A stretch of 61,900 nucleotides of DNA, filler included, from Choristocarpus tenellus KU-1152 (lineage: Eukaryota; Protista; Phaeophyceae): the NCBI GenBank assembly GCA_964200185.2. It is 10 parts of 10 records of this genome, joined end to end, with 100 filler letters (N's around TTAATTAATTAA, not from the genome) between each part and the next. Parts side by side here need not be neighbours in the genome. Positions count along the whole stretch, not along the records: positions 1 to 6,718 come from CAXNAD020007491.1; positions 6,819 to 9,382 come from CAXNAD020026741.1; positions 9,483 to 18,624 come from CAXNAD020003947.1; 7 more parts are not named here. One strand, written 5' to 3'. The stretch's first letter is position 1. The number at the start of each line of letters is the position of its first letter. Shown in pieces: positions 1 through 11,133 of this stretch. The notes under the pieces were generated by a model. That model searched no databases, was not told the DNA's origin, and saw only the letters and a program-made list of their open reading frames with translations. Position numbers and translations under genes: made by a program.

Positions 1-397
1 GCTTCGACGATTGATTTCCCAGCCCGCCACGATTAATTAGTCGATTCCACGATTGATTTCCCAGCTCACCACAATTAATCAGTCGCTTCGACGATTGATT
101 TCCCAGCTCGCCACGATTAATTAGTCGATTCCACGATTGATTTCCCAGCTCACCACGATTAATTAGTCGATTCCACGATTGATTTTCCAGCTCGCCACGA
201 TTAATTAGTCGATTCCATGATTGATTTCCCAGCTCGCCACGATTAATTAGTCGATTCCACGATTGATTTCCCATCTCACCACAATTAATCAGTCGCTTCG
301 ACGATTGATTTCCCAGCTCGCCACGATTAATTAGTCGATTCCACGATTGATTTCCCAGGAATGCCATGATTGTTTGTCGATTCGATGATTGATTTCC
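1..397. repeat. 42-bp tandem minisatellite (about 9 units; consensus CGATTGATTTCCCAGCTCGCCACGATTAATTAGTCGATTCCA)
   Basis: GATTGATTT recurs at 9, 51, 93... with a 42-bp period. Units are near identical, have no unique spacers and decay at about 360-397. Confidence 0.93.
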
Positions 398-544
398 CGG
401 TTTTGTACCAAGTGATACAAAATTATATTTTGTACCACATCGGTTTTGTTCTGCTTTTTTCGGGCATGCCCATGGGTGAACAAAATCGGGTAACCTACTC
501 TACATTAAAACTATGCCACGTCTTTATCTGTCACCGTCAACCCA

Positions 545-1730
545 CTAATCCAGGGCCACTGTGAAGGCCACTTGGTCTACTTCGACTGATCTAGCCAACC
601 CACCCTCCCGCTGCCTTTTCTTGGTCCTGGTGTGCTCTACCTCGAAATCGTCCCCTCCCAGCATCCTTAACACCTGATTGTACCTCTTAAAGAGACTTTC
701 CTACACCCTCTCGAGCGTGTCTGCATCGTATATGTGGGACATGCGTGAAACACCCTCTACAAGTTCATCAATGGTGCCGTAATGTTCCGCCCAAACCCCG
801 CTCTTCAGAGATGCAAACCCCCACCAAATCATTGATGTTGAGGTCTGGTGACTGTGCTGGCTGTGTCTTGAGCTTAATGTTCCATGCCTCCTCCATCTCT
901 ACCGTGTTCAGCTTCTGCAATGTGCCCTTGCCCGTATGCAGGGTTGCACCGTCCTGTTGTATGGAGTCCCCCCTGATTCCAGCCATGGCATTTTTTCCTT
1001 GATCGCTGGCAACAGCTCCTCTGTGTACCACTCCAGGTACAACTTGGCATCGACGGTGCATCAACCTCGTACTCCTCAGCCTTCGTGTGCCATGCATGCT
1101 GTAGTTCGTTGCACCTCCTTCATTACACAAACCCACCAGATCCTGATCTTGCCATCAAAATCATCGGAAGGATCCGGGCGTGAAACAGCAGAGATGAACA
1201 TCACTTTGGGAATGTGACTCTTGTGCTGCACCTTCGTCGAGCCCACCTTTTCCTACCCCAGGAACACACACACCCATCTCTTGTTCACGGATGAGGTAGA
1301 ATCATACCTCATGGATGCGAATGGTGTTGAGGCCAGTTTTGAAGGTTTTACGATTGCGGGAGATCTGGTCGAGGATGAAGTCCACCCGTTCTTCTTGTGA
1401 GAAAACGAAAGGCTAGGGGTGATGCGCCGCTGATCCCTCGTTGCCCCTGTGGTGTTGAGTCAGGGATGAAGCTTTGAGCTGCCAACTGCAAGGCCCGCTT
1501 CAGCAAGCTTGGCGGAAAGTTGGTCGATAGTTAGCGTGCAATTACTGGCATTGATTTTCCGGATCTTCGCTTGTTTCGTTGATGTAAAGTCCGATGGCTT
1601 TCCAGATTGTGATTGTGATTTCAGGGAAACGGTATTCCCCCTAACTGTTCTTTGATGCATGCCCACACCCATCTAGGGTATCTTCCTCCCACTCCAAACT
1701 CTTTTACCAATTTAGACCCCACACCCCTCG
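545..1730 (-). mobile_element. Decayed Tc1/mariner transposase, plant-type DD39D clade (pseudogene)
   Basis: Minus-strand fragments across frameshifts: HIPKVMFISAVSRPD..FDGKIRIW, IQQDGATLH..TQPAQSPDLNIND and C-terminal LFKRYNQVLRMLGGDDFEVEH. These match Soymar/Osmar-type motifs. Confidence 0.88.
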
Positions 1731-4700
1731 GGAACCTCTCGTGACCTGGAAAAAGAGTCAATGTGTAATGCAGACAAGTTTAGTCCAACCTTCCTTGGTC
1801 AGTCCACAGTTCTTTCCCCGAGATGGTGGGCTTTGTGCCCGGGATGACAGGCTGTGGGGGCTCGCCATGGGGGATGTGAGAGTGTTTTGCGGTTCCACTC
1901 TGGAGCAGGAACACTTGGAAATGATAAGAATATGCCCCATTCTGTGTTGTTCCATTCTTTCGGAACCATTTCAGAACAGAAGTCTTTTGAATTTAGTTTT
2001 TTAGTGTAAAATATTCCAAGGAATCCAACACAGAAGTCTGTTTTGTAATCGGAGGTCATCCTGAAGAGGTACAAATTAACGGCCCAGACTTATGGGACAG
2101 AGGGAGTATTATCTGTCATATCCTCCACATCTCATGCAATTCACTGTTCTCAGGTCACTCCTGCACCTTCTTCAGAAGAGGAAACCTGTTAGTCAAGTGC
2201 ATCCCCCTAACAGTGCCAACAATAGTAATCTATGTCTTGCCGAACTCTATTCAGAATCATTTCTCAATGTGCAATGGAAGCGTAACACCCCTGTGCCTTG
2301 CCAAGAAGAACATAACGATACGGTTTCCCTTAATCAAATCGTAAGTAGGATTTCAGACTACAAAATACAAGTAGTCTGATCAAATCCATCGAATCAGGTA
2401 GATATTGTTTCCCTCCAGCTGAGTGGATTTTTCCAACTGGTCGAGTCGAGGCTGGCTATCGCATGTTGATTTACTCAACCACATGAAATGAAATGTCAGA
2501 GGTCTGTAAATTAACAGATAAAATACTTCAAAATAATAATTTACACCAAGAGCTACACACTGCCGCGCTGCTACTACCACAAACTACATGCACACAACAG
2601 CAGGAACAGTGCCCAGAGCAAGTGGGTACTCCTTCACATTTGAGTAGATATTGAAGTCAAAAAAGTGTGAGAGCTGTTGTATGTGACCTGCTTGCCCGTC
2701 ACATTCAATGTAAAGAACCTCTATTTCTGTTCACCAAGCTCCACCGCACCTGTCTTGTTACACATGACCAGCATAAAAAAAAGAAGATACTATAATGTAT
2801 AATGACTGCAGCATATACTAGCCTGTGAGCCAATTTAGGCCTTGCCTTCTGTGCGCTCTGAAATCCCCACAAAGTCCCTTTCAACCCCTCCACGTACAAC
2901 CCTCCCCGACTAGAAAGGATTAGGTCTGAGACAGGGGATGGGGGGGAAATAGTTACTCAATCGCTCCATCAACCAGCCAACAGCATCCACACACTTGTTG
3001 ATCTCTGCAACATTGAGCCAAAGCCAACTACGTCAGCATGCCAAAGAGGAGGGGTGTAAGAGCTTACAGGAGTTAGGCAAGCTAGATCTATCAATTGCAA
3101 GCGGATCATTTGAACCCCCTCCCCCCAATTTCACACTGTTCTCATCTTCTTCTCCTTCACAAAGCACAAAAAAAATTACAGAGATAAGATCAAACCCTTC
3201 TTGCCATGGACAGGAGTCACAATGACACGGCCATTGTTTAGTATGTACGTATGACACATGTGCGCCTGACCCTTCCAGCATCGTCCCATCTGCTGAACCA
3301 TGCCACACCTGATCTCTACACTCCAAGTGCCCTCCTCCTCCTTTAATCCAACTTCAGCCCCTTGATCACATGCTCTTTCCTCTAGCCTACCTTCACACAG
3401 ATACAGCCAGTAACCAAACACAATATTAAACAAGTCGGGATGTACACCTGTACCACCAAGCCATTGCCCAAGCAATATCTCACAAGGTATCCCTTCAACC
3501 AACCCAACTAGATATGCAGCATATCTTAGCCTTGCACTTGTCCCGAGAAAGAACAGAGAAGTGTGTCTGTGTGTGTTCGCCTTCAACGAACAGAGCTACT
3601 TGATTCAAATTCAAAAATGCCCAACCACACCACCGCTTTGGCTGTGCTTCCAGCAATGGGACACTGGTTCTCTCATTCAAGGAGCTTGTTGGTGTGATGC
3701 TCCAGCCTCAGCCCCAGGCCCGCCCGCTCCCCCTCCAATAGCCGCTGCTACTGCCGCCGCCGCCGCCGCTGATGTTGCAGCAACAGTACTACCCGGGGCA
3801 CCAACATCACCCGGTGGATTATACAAACCCATTGTATTACGTATGGTGTTATCAACACTTCCTGGTCCTCCATAGAGACTGGGCATAGTAGCTGCTATCA
3901 CCGGAGTGGATACAGGAGCTGGGGTAATGCCGGCAGGGATCGTAGTGAGTGTAGCAGGGGGTGGCGAGGCTAGGGGCTGTGGGGTGTTTCGTGGGCGCTT
4001 GAAACTAACGCCACCTTCCCTTGCGGAACCCATGGTTGGAACCTCTATGTCCATCCCCGCCCGGTCCTCCCAAAGTCGCACCTGTAGGGTCATGAATTCA
4101 AGAGGGGCAGGCAACTGCGCCAGCCAGCGGGTTTCNNNNNNNNNNGGCAGGAAAGTGCGACAGACAGCGGGTTTCAGTAAGGGGCCTTTGTGTTCAAGGG
4201 GGGGGGGGGAGATCTTGGGAAGACAGGGAGGAGAGAATTGAAAGTTTGTTACTTAAGCAATGAGCTGCAGCTGTGTGATACTTGACCAACTCTTCACATT
4301 CACTTAACTTGTTCTTCGGATGACAGGGACAGCGGGGGTGTTACAAATGGTGGTACTTTTTTGGGCCTTAATTTTAGTACTGGGGCTTCTTACTCTTTAT
4401 ACATATCCCTCTTCTGAATTGACCTCTCCTATTTCCATTAACAGACAAAGTATATGCCTTAATGAATCTATACCCCAAGCACAATAGTGTTTCCAAGGTC
4501 TGCTTCTGTGTAACACCTACACTCCCTCCTTGTAGTGTACTGTACACATGTACCTACACCAAAACAAGACTCACCCTTCAGGGCAGTGAACTGACTCCTT
4601 GGCTTCATTCCTCCAGGCAAGGGGCTATGCGTTGCCGCAAACTAAGGCATCAATCTTGAGAAAATCTAGCTCCGTAAAACTAAACTACTCAAACTAAGAT

Positions 4701-6718
4701 GGACATTCAAACACGGTACTCTTACGATATGTAACGGTTATAATAGAGAGACCCTCACCAAGGTGTTCACATCATTGCTACAATAATCCTAACCCTAAAG
4801 GTCAAAGAGGGTGAACACAAAGTGTATCAAAAACAACCCAAGTAAAAGAAAAAACAGAAACTCATAGAGCCGGTTCTATCTGTCCATCTAAAACCAGCAG
4901 TGTCGATCTTGTTGAGTATCAACAATACAGCAACAAAAATGTCAACTCCGACGTACTCTAAAAAACCCAACAAAATATTACGAACTACAAGCGCTCCCCT
5001 GAAGGGACCCCTGTTGTACATCATGCACAAAAAACCCCATCAGCCGATCAGGTGGGGGGATCACAACTGCAGACTGACCCCTCTCGTGGGAGCTTGTGAT
5101 TTTTTCAAGCCAGTATCAAACAGTTGCCAATCCATAGCGCGATATCTGACGACCTTTACCAACACTACTAGGCAATAGGACTGTACAACACTATGTAACC
5201 TCTAACTCTGTTAGAACCACATAGAGTATGAAACAAGGTAAGGGTTAGGGTTAGGCTCAGTGGTACCAATTAGTTCGGGAAGTTCACGCTTCTGTCCATG
5301 AAAACTCCGGGGTTCGGTGCATGTAACACCCGTAGAGTGTTAATCACTGACAGAATAAGGTATACAATAAATAATTCGGAATCCTACTTTTCCATGCGTA
5401 GAACCAGGCGTTTTACATGGGGGCGGCACGGCAAGGCAAGGCATAGTACAACCAGGGCAGAGGGGAGAGGACAATTGGCTAACCGATTTATCCTTGACCA
5501 TGCCTCCGGACGCCAAGAGCTTGTCGCCTGCTAGCTTTCCCTTAGCTACTGTCAGCACTCCATCTGAGCACGAGGTATGGAACAGCACATGGCAAGGGGG
5601 AGGAGTTAAGGGGAGGCAGTGCATCTTGGCAGTCGTGAGGTGCATTGGTGTTTATGTTGCTGTGGGATAAACTGAATAGACACTAGACAGTCTTCCTGTT
5701 CATCGAGGAGGGTAGAAACGCACACACACACACATTCACACACACACACACACCACTACACCTTTTTGGATGATTTATGTTGGTGTATTCACAAACACTT
5801 AGGTATGGTGTTTGTTATACAACAACCCAAAGTATAGTACTTTGAAGAACCAACACAACACAGAAAATTCATTCACACTTTATTCTAATGATGGTTCACG
5901 CTCCCCAGTTGTCTCTTGTACTACTGTCACTCCTCATTCTTGCACGCGATTGTGAGTACAAATTTTTAATCTGTGTGACACACACACACACTTCTAGTAC
6001 ACGAATACATATGCAACTCCACACAGCAATTTATGTTGCAAAAAATGTATTTTTTTTTCCAAGTGGTTTCAAGTAAAAGTAGCTGTGAGAGGCTGGACCG
6101 GCTCACTCTAATAAAACCCCCCTCAGACTTTCCAGTGGCACATGTTGTTGGAGCACTAAGTCCATTGGTGTGGACTACAGTTCATCTATTTTTTTTGTTG
6201 CGGGTACATTCTGCTTGCCGACTCAAGCTATATCCCTATCATCACCCTCTATCATACGCCTTCCCAACTTCTTTTTTAAAAAGTTGATATTTTTTAAATA
6301 GTAAAAACACACACAGACACACACACACACACACCTCTCAGTTACTTTTTGACTCCTTACCACTCTTCCGTTCACACACTTCATTTTACTACCCCCTCTA
6401 CTTACCACTCAACCCCCTTTCCTCAACATCGCCTATAACAAAAAAACATCAATTGAGGCAAGACACACCAGTGTAATACAACGACCAAATTCACGAGCGA
6501 GTCCCACTCTGACAGGATGACAAATTCTTATCATTTTGCATCATAATGGAGTCGTGTTACCTTTTTTTATTACAACCCCTATTTTCAAGTGTTACGTTTA
6601 CAATGCAAGCCCCCTAAAAAAAAAACAAAAATTAAGGGTGTCGCTTCGGAAGATATTCCAAAAACCCCCCCCCCTCTTTTTTTTTTTTTTAATTCTCTTC
6701 TTCTTTTTTTAAAAAACA

Positions 6719-6818
6719 NNNNNNNNNNNNNNNNNNNNNNNNNNNNNNNNNNNNNNNNNNNNTTAATTAATTAANNNNNNNNNNNNNNNNNNNNNNNNNN
6801 NNNNNNNNNNNNNNNNNN
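6719..6818. other. Artificial contig linker N44-TTAATTAATTAA-N44 (also 9383-9482, 18625-18724, 21958-22057, 25254-25353, 28624-28723, 34334-34433, 49585-49684, 58074-58173)
   Basis: The identical 100-bp structure, with stops in all six frames, occurs nine times. Confidence 0.98.
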
Positions 6819-7407
6819 CTCCCCCCCCCTCTCAGATACTTCGAGCATGTGAGATATCCACGCATCGCTCCTACACACCAACAACACACCAACACAACAG
6901 CCGCCCATTCCAAAAAAAGAATACATGTTAATGTTTATTTTTATTTTTATTTGTGTTTCTTCTGTTCTCCCTCCAATTTCTCGACGATCCTTTCCGACAC
7001 ATCCACAACTCCCTAAAAAAAAGAAAAATATAGTAAAAATGAGATAAAAAAAAAAAGAAGCAAAACACAACACATCTTTCCGCAGTAACTTTACCCCCCA
7101 AAAACCCCAGACAGAACCCACCGGAAAAACAGGGGACTGGGCCCTATCATGAACTCCAGGTACCATTGTCCCCCCCCCCAGTGCATCAGAGAGAACTCAG
7201 CGAGGCTACGCTGTCCAAGGCCATCACCATCAACACCGCCTCTGAACCGTCCAAGGCCATCACCATCAAATTCACAGCAACACTCCCTACGATACAGGCC
7301 CATACATCATCACCTACAACAACCTCACTACTAAAAAAAAACAGTCACTGTGCAAAGTTACTGGCCACCTTTTCCAGGAAACCCTACCCCAAGGCTTCAC
7401 TGCCTAC

Positions 7408-8769
7408 CTCTCTCCTGCTGTGACCACCCTGTTAGCCCTGTCAATTGCAGAATTGTCTAGCAGCGCTCGGAATACCAGGGCAGGTGAAGTGCAAGCCCGC
7501 CTTGCTAACGTCCATCTCTCCTTTGCAATGCTCAGCTCCTTCAATAGCAATAGCACAACACCACCCCCCGAAATACACATCATACATCAACAGCATAACC
7601 ACAAACAGGAGAGGGAGAGTAAGCACGCCACTATGGGGGGGGGGGGGAAAGCAAATGCGATAAGGTGCTCAAGGGAGAGTAGCTTGATTGCCTAAGACAG
7701 ACAGGATAAAGTGATAACTGAATTTTGCAAGGCATAAAGTGAGATGGTGATAAGTGACCTAAAAGCTTGATTGTTCTCTAGAGGTGCGGATGCATGGATG
7801 CATGGATGTATGGATGCATGAATGCATGAACCCTATCCCCTACGCTGTACACTGGCTCTATTGATAATGGCGGTTGATATATATATTTATATTTATATTT
7901 ATTGGCTGCTGTTGAAGAAAAACTGCAGCCACTAGCATTTCAAAAGCATGTTGAGGGCATTAATATTCAAGGGGGAGGGGGAGGAGGAGGAGGAGCACGC
8001 TCTTGTGGCATCTGTCGAGGTAGAGGGATGTAAGAACAACACATGCACAACAGAGTTAACTCAATCCTTCAGAAAACATCAAACCTTGGTTAATGTGTGA
8101 ACACAATAAATGCCATGGTTTGGTGCCCATACCCTAACCCTAACCCTACCCTAACCCTGATCAAGCAAGGCACCTAACCCTAACCTAATTCTCCAATGTA
8201 TGTCTCTCTTGATGTATACACATATTCTCAAAGGTTAGGGTTAGGGTTAGCCCACGAAAGGAATTGCAAGAGTGAGAATAGGGTGGGAGGGTGGGAGGGG
8301 GTAGGGGTATGTACAAGAATGTAAATAAAGGGGAAAAAATCTTCAGACCCTACTCAAGCAGAACATGCATGTAGCACCTTAACAAACAAACACACACACA
8401 CACACACACACAATAGAACCTGCATATTCATATTATTGCCAATACCATTCCGAGGAGGGGTCCTCAAACCTGTTGTTGAAAAGTCAGTAAAAAACAATAA
8501 AAATACTACTACAAAGTAAAATAAACAAAAACAAATACATCATCCGCTATTCAAAAAACAATAAACAAAAACACGCAGTCGAGCTACAACCACATTTCCC
8601 TCCAAAAAACAAACAAAACAAACAAACCGATCACTCTCTATGAAACTCTAAAGTCCACAAAAATACTGGTTGTGGTACCTGAGCAGCCAGCTCCAGGGGC
8701 CTCCTACGGGACTCCAGGGCCCAGATGTCCCACGACCTAACCAGCAAGAAATGTCGCCTCTCCTTCAAC
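7408..8769 (-). CDS. Two phase-compatible exons of an unidentified protein (8769-8679, 7538-7408); weak resemblance to Sfi1-type helical repeats
   Basis: AG/GT-bounded exons read LKERRHFLLVRSWDIWALESRRRPLELAAQ|ELSIAKERWTLARRACTSPALVFRALLDNSAIDRANRVVTAGE with a phase-0 junction. Confidence 0.45.
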
Positions 8770-9061
8770 CTGAACAGTGGCGTCAATTACAATGATGGAA
8801 AACATAAAATAATTTCGCGTGGCCGTCACAAGGGTTTCCTACTGGATGCGGAGGCGATGCGGAGGCGAGAAGCGAGACAGATTGGTAACAGGGACTATAA
8901 GGCGACACGAATCATGCTACCGAATCCCACAACGCACTGTCAAAATTATATGTAAAAGTTAAATGCGTAAGCTCAACGGGGGAGGGGGGGGGGTCAAAGG
9001 CACAGAAATATTTTACTACTAACAAATTGAAAAACACCTACGTATAAGATTCTGCGGTGAA

Positions 9062-9382
9062 AATGGAAGACTAAAATAATAATAAAATGTAAACAGACTA
9101 AAATAATAATAAAATGTACACAGACTAAAATAATAATAAAACACACACAGACTAAAATAATAATAAAATGTACACAGAAAAAATAATAATAAAACACACA
9201 CAGACTAAAATAATAATAAAATGTACACAGACTAAAATAATAATAAAACACACACAGACTAAAATAATAATAAAATGTACACAGACTAAAATAATAATAA
9301 AACACACACAGACTAAAATAATAATAAAATGTACACAGAAAAAATAATAATAAAACACACACAGACTAAAATAATAATAAAA
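9062..9382. repeat. 27-28-bp AT-rich minisatellite (ACACAGACTAAAATAATAATAAAATGT/AAAC variants), truncated by the contig end
   Basis: About 12 directly visible tandem units. The ORFs here are repeat artefacts. Confidence 0.93.
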
Positions 9383-9497
9383 NNNNNNNNNNNNNNNNNN
9401 NNNNNNNNNNNNNNNNNNNNNNNNNNTTAATTAATTAANNNNNNNNNNNNNNNNNNNNNNNNNNNNNNNNNNNNNNNNNNNNCCCCAAGATACTTTG

Positions 9498-10345
9498 ACC
9501 CTTCACTGCACCCACCGTTGTTTTCACGGGGAGTTTGCCCGCCTCCTGGATCTTTGCGTTGCTAAGATGGGGAATTTGAAGGCTTTGCTACCCTTGGAGC
9601 CCAGCACGTAACCGTAGACTGTGAAGAGACTCTGCCAGACGCGCTGGGGGTACGCTTCAAACAACTCTATTGCGGCCTCTACCAGCTCCTCTTTGTTAGT
9701 CACCCCCTCGTCCTTTATTTATTTGCTGGATGGAATGAAAGAATCCCAGGTCGTTGACGTTGAGGTCAGGTTAGTTGACTGGCTGGGTCTCTATGACAAT
9801 GTCAATCCCTGCCGCCTCCATGATTGACTCCATGATCCCCCCCTTGTTGTGTGGCTTTGTCCCGTCCTGCTGCACAAAGATAGTGTGTCCTTCTGGCCTA
9901 GACATGTTGGACTTGACTATCAGGATGACATCATCGATCATGAGATTCATAGCATTTCTTATTGTAGGAGATTACCCCTGTTCATCTTTTTGGTGCTTGG
10001 CTTCCATAAGTTTTTAATGCTCTTTTTTGGTATTCTGCGAACACAGTTATAGATTTTGGTGTAGTTAAAAAGGTAGACGACTATGAAAGGTGTGTCCAGA
10101 GCAAGGATATTGACACCTGGTAACAAATGCGACAGCCAAAATTTAATCGAAAGCACAGCATTTGATCTATGACCCCGAACGGACGTGGGCCTTCCCTTTG
10201 AAATGCTGTGGATGATAAGGTTCTTATACCTTGCCCTGTCCACTGCGGTTGGCACAAGCACCTTGGTGCCCTTGGGGCGGTGTTCACTGTAGCGCTAGAG
10301 ACATTAGTGCCCATGATTGACCAGATCCCTTTTTTCATCTAACCA
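9498..10345 (-). mobile_element. Second decayed DD39D-clade Tc1/mariner transposase fragment, with an internal insertion of about 250 bp
   Basis: Minus strand: KKGIWSIM..HRPKGTKVLVPTAVDRARYKNL, then HTIFVQQDGTKPHNKGG..TQPVN*PDLNVNDLGFFHSIQ with an in-frame stop. Confidence 0.85.
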
Positions 10346-10359
10346 CACCCCATGCATGG

Positions 10360-10560
10360 GAGAGCTTGCATCCTGTGTTTCAGACCATAAACTCGTTTGT
10401 CCCTAGCTGCTCTCGTCAACAATTACCTTGAAGTACTTGATTTCCTTGATGCCCACCCGCATGGAAGGGGCCAATGAGGTCAATGTGTACAACTTCACCA
10501 ATCTCCTTTGGACCCAACCCTTTTGTTAGCACCTGCTGTACCGAAGAAGTTATGGTGACT
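10360..10560 (-). mobile_element. Ty1/Copia integrase remnant
   Basis: Minus strand EVVHIDLIGPF followed, across frameshifts, by GIKEIKYFKVIVDESS and RVYGLK. This is the Copia rve start (LVHxDLxGP...YxxxxVD..SR..VYxLK). Confidence 0.65.
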
Positions 10561-11133
10561 GCAGTCCACTGTGATATCACAACTTAAGGCAAATCAATCA
10601 AGCAGATCAGGTTCCACATACACTCACTCACTATTATTGCCTGCTTGAGTTTTTTTGTCAGTTTTCTACATACATCCTTTCGCTAGTTTGTGATATGTAT
10701 GTAGCAACATACATACATTATATATATAATATGCGTGAGTGATGCAGCCAATGGATGGATGTATTGAATGCATATTCTTCAATCCTTTTTCTCTCCCTCA
10801 GATCTTGGTGACGCCAGTGGGATTGATGATGATTTCGTGTTCTTTGCCTTGTGGTTGTGATTAGTGTCAAGGTGTTGGCTGATTCCCCCTCCGTCTTCTT
10901 ACTACAGAGTTTGTATTTCTTACATACACCTTCGTTTCTCTTATCTTCCCTCTGGATATGTTGCTTGGGTTTGACATCGCTTCAATAGTAAAGTTAAGAA
11001 TTTCTTTCTCTTATCATAAAGAAGAGGATATTCATACAAACTCCTCCGCTCCATAGCGCTCTGAAGCGCAAGAAGACGTCTCGATTTTTTTTACTCTCAA
11101 TCAACTTATTTGTAGTACTAATAGTATTGTTAG

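Noticed and set aside
1-397. CRISPR-like array
   Set aside because: Units abut with no unique spacers and there are no cas genes. The HEPN gene is on a different contig, so no linkage can be claimed.
6719-6818. Recurrent TTAATTAATTAA palindrome as a biological motif
   Set aside because: Always centred in exactly 44+44 Ns; an artificial concatenation linker.
8994-9362. Repeat-protein ORFs (FYYYFSLC..)
   Set aside because: Translations of a minisatellite.
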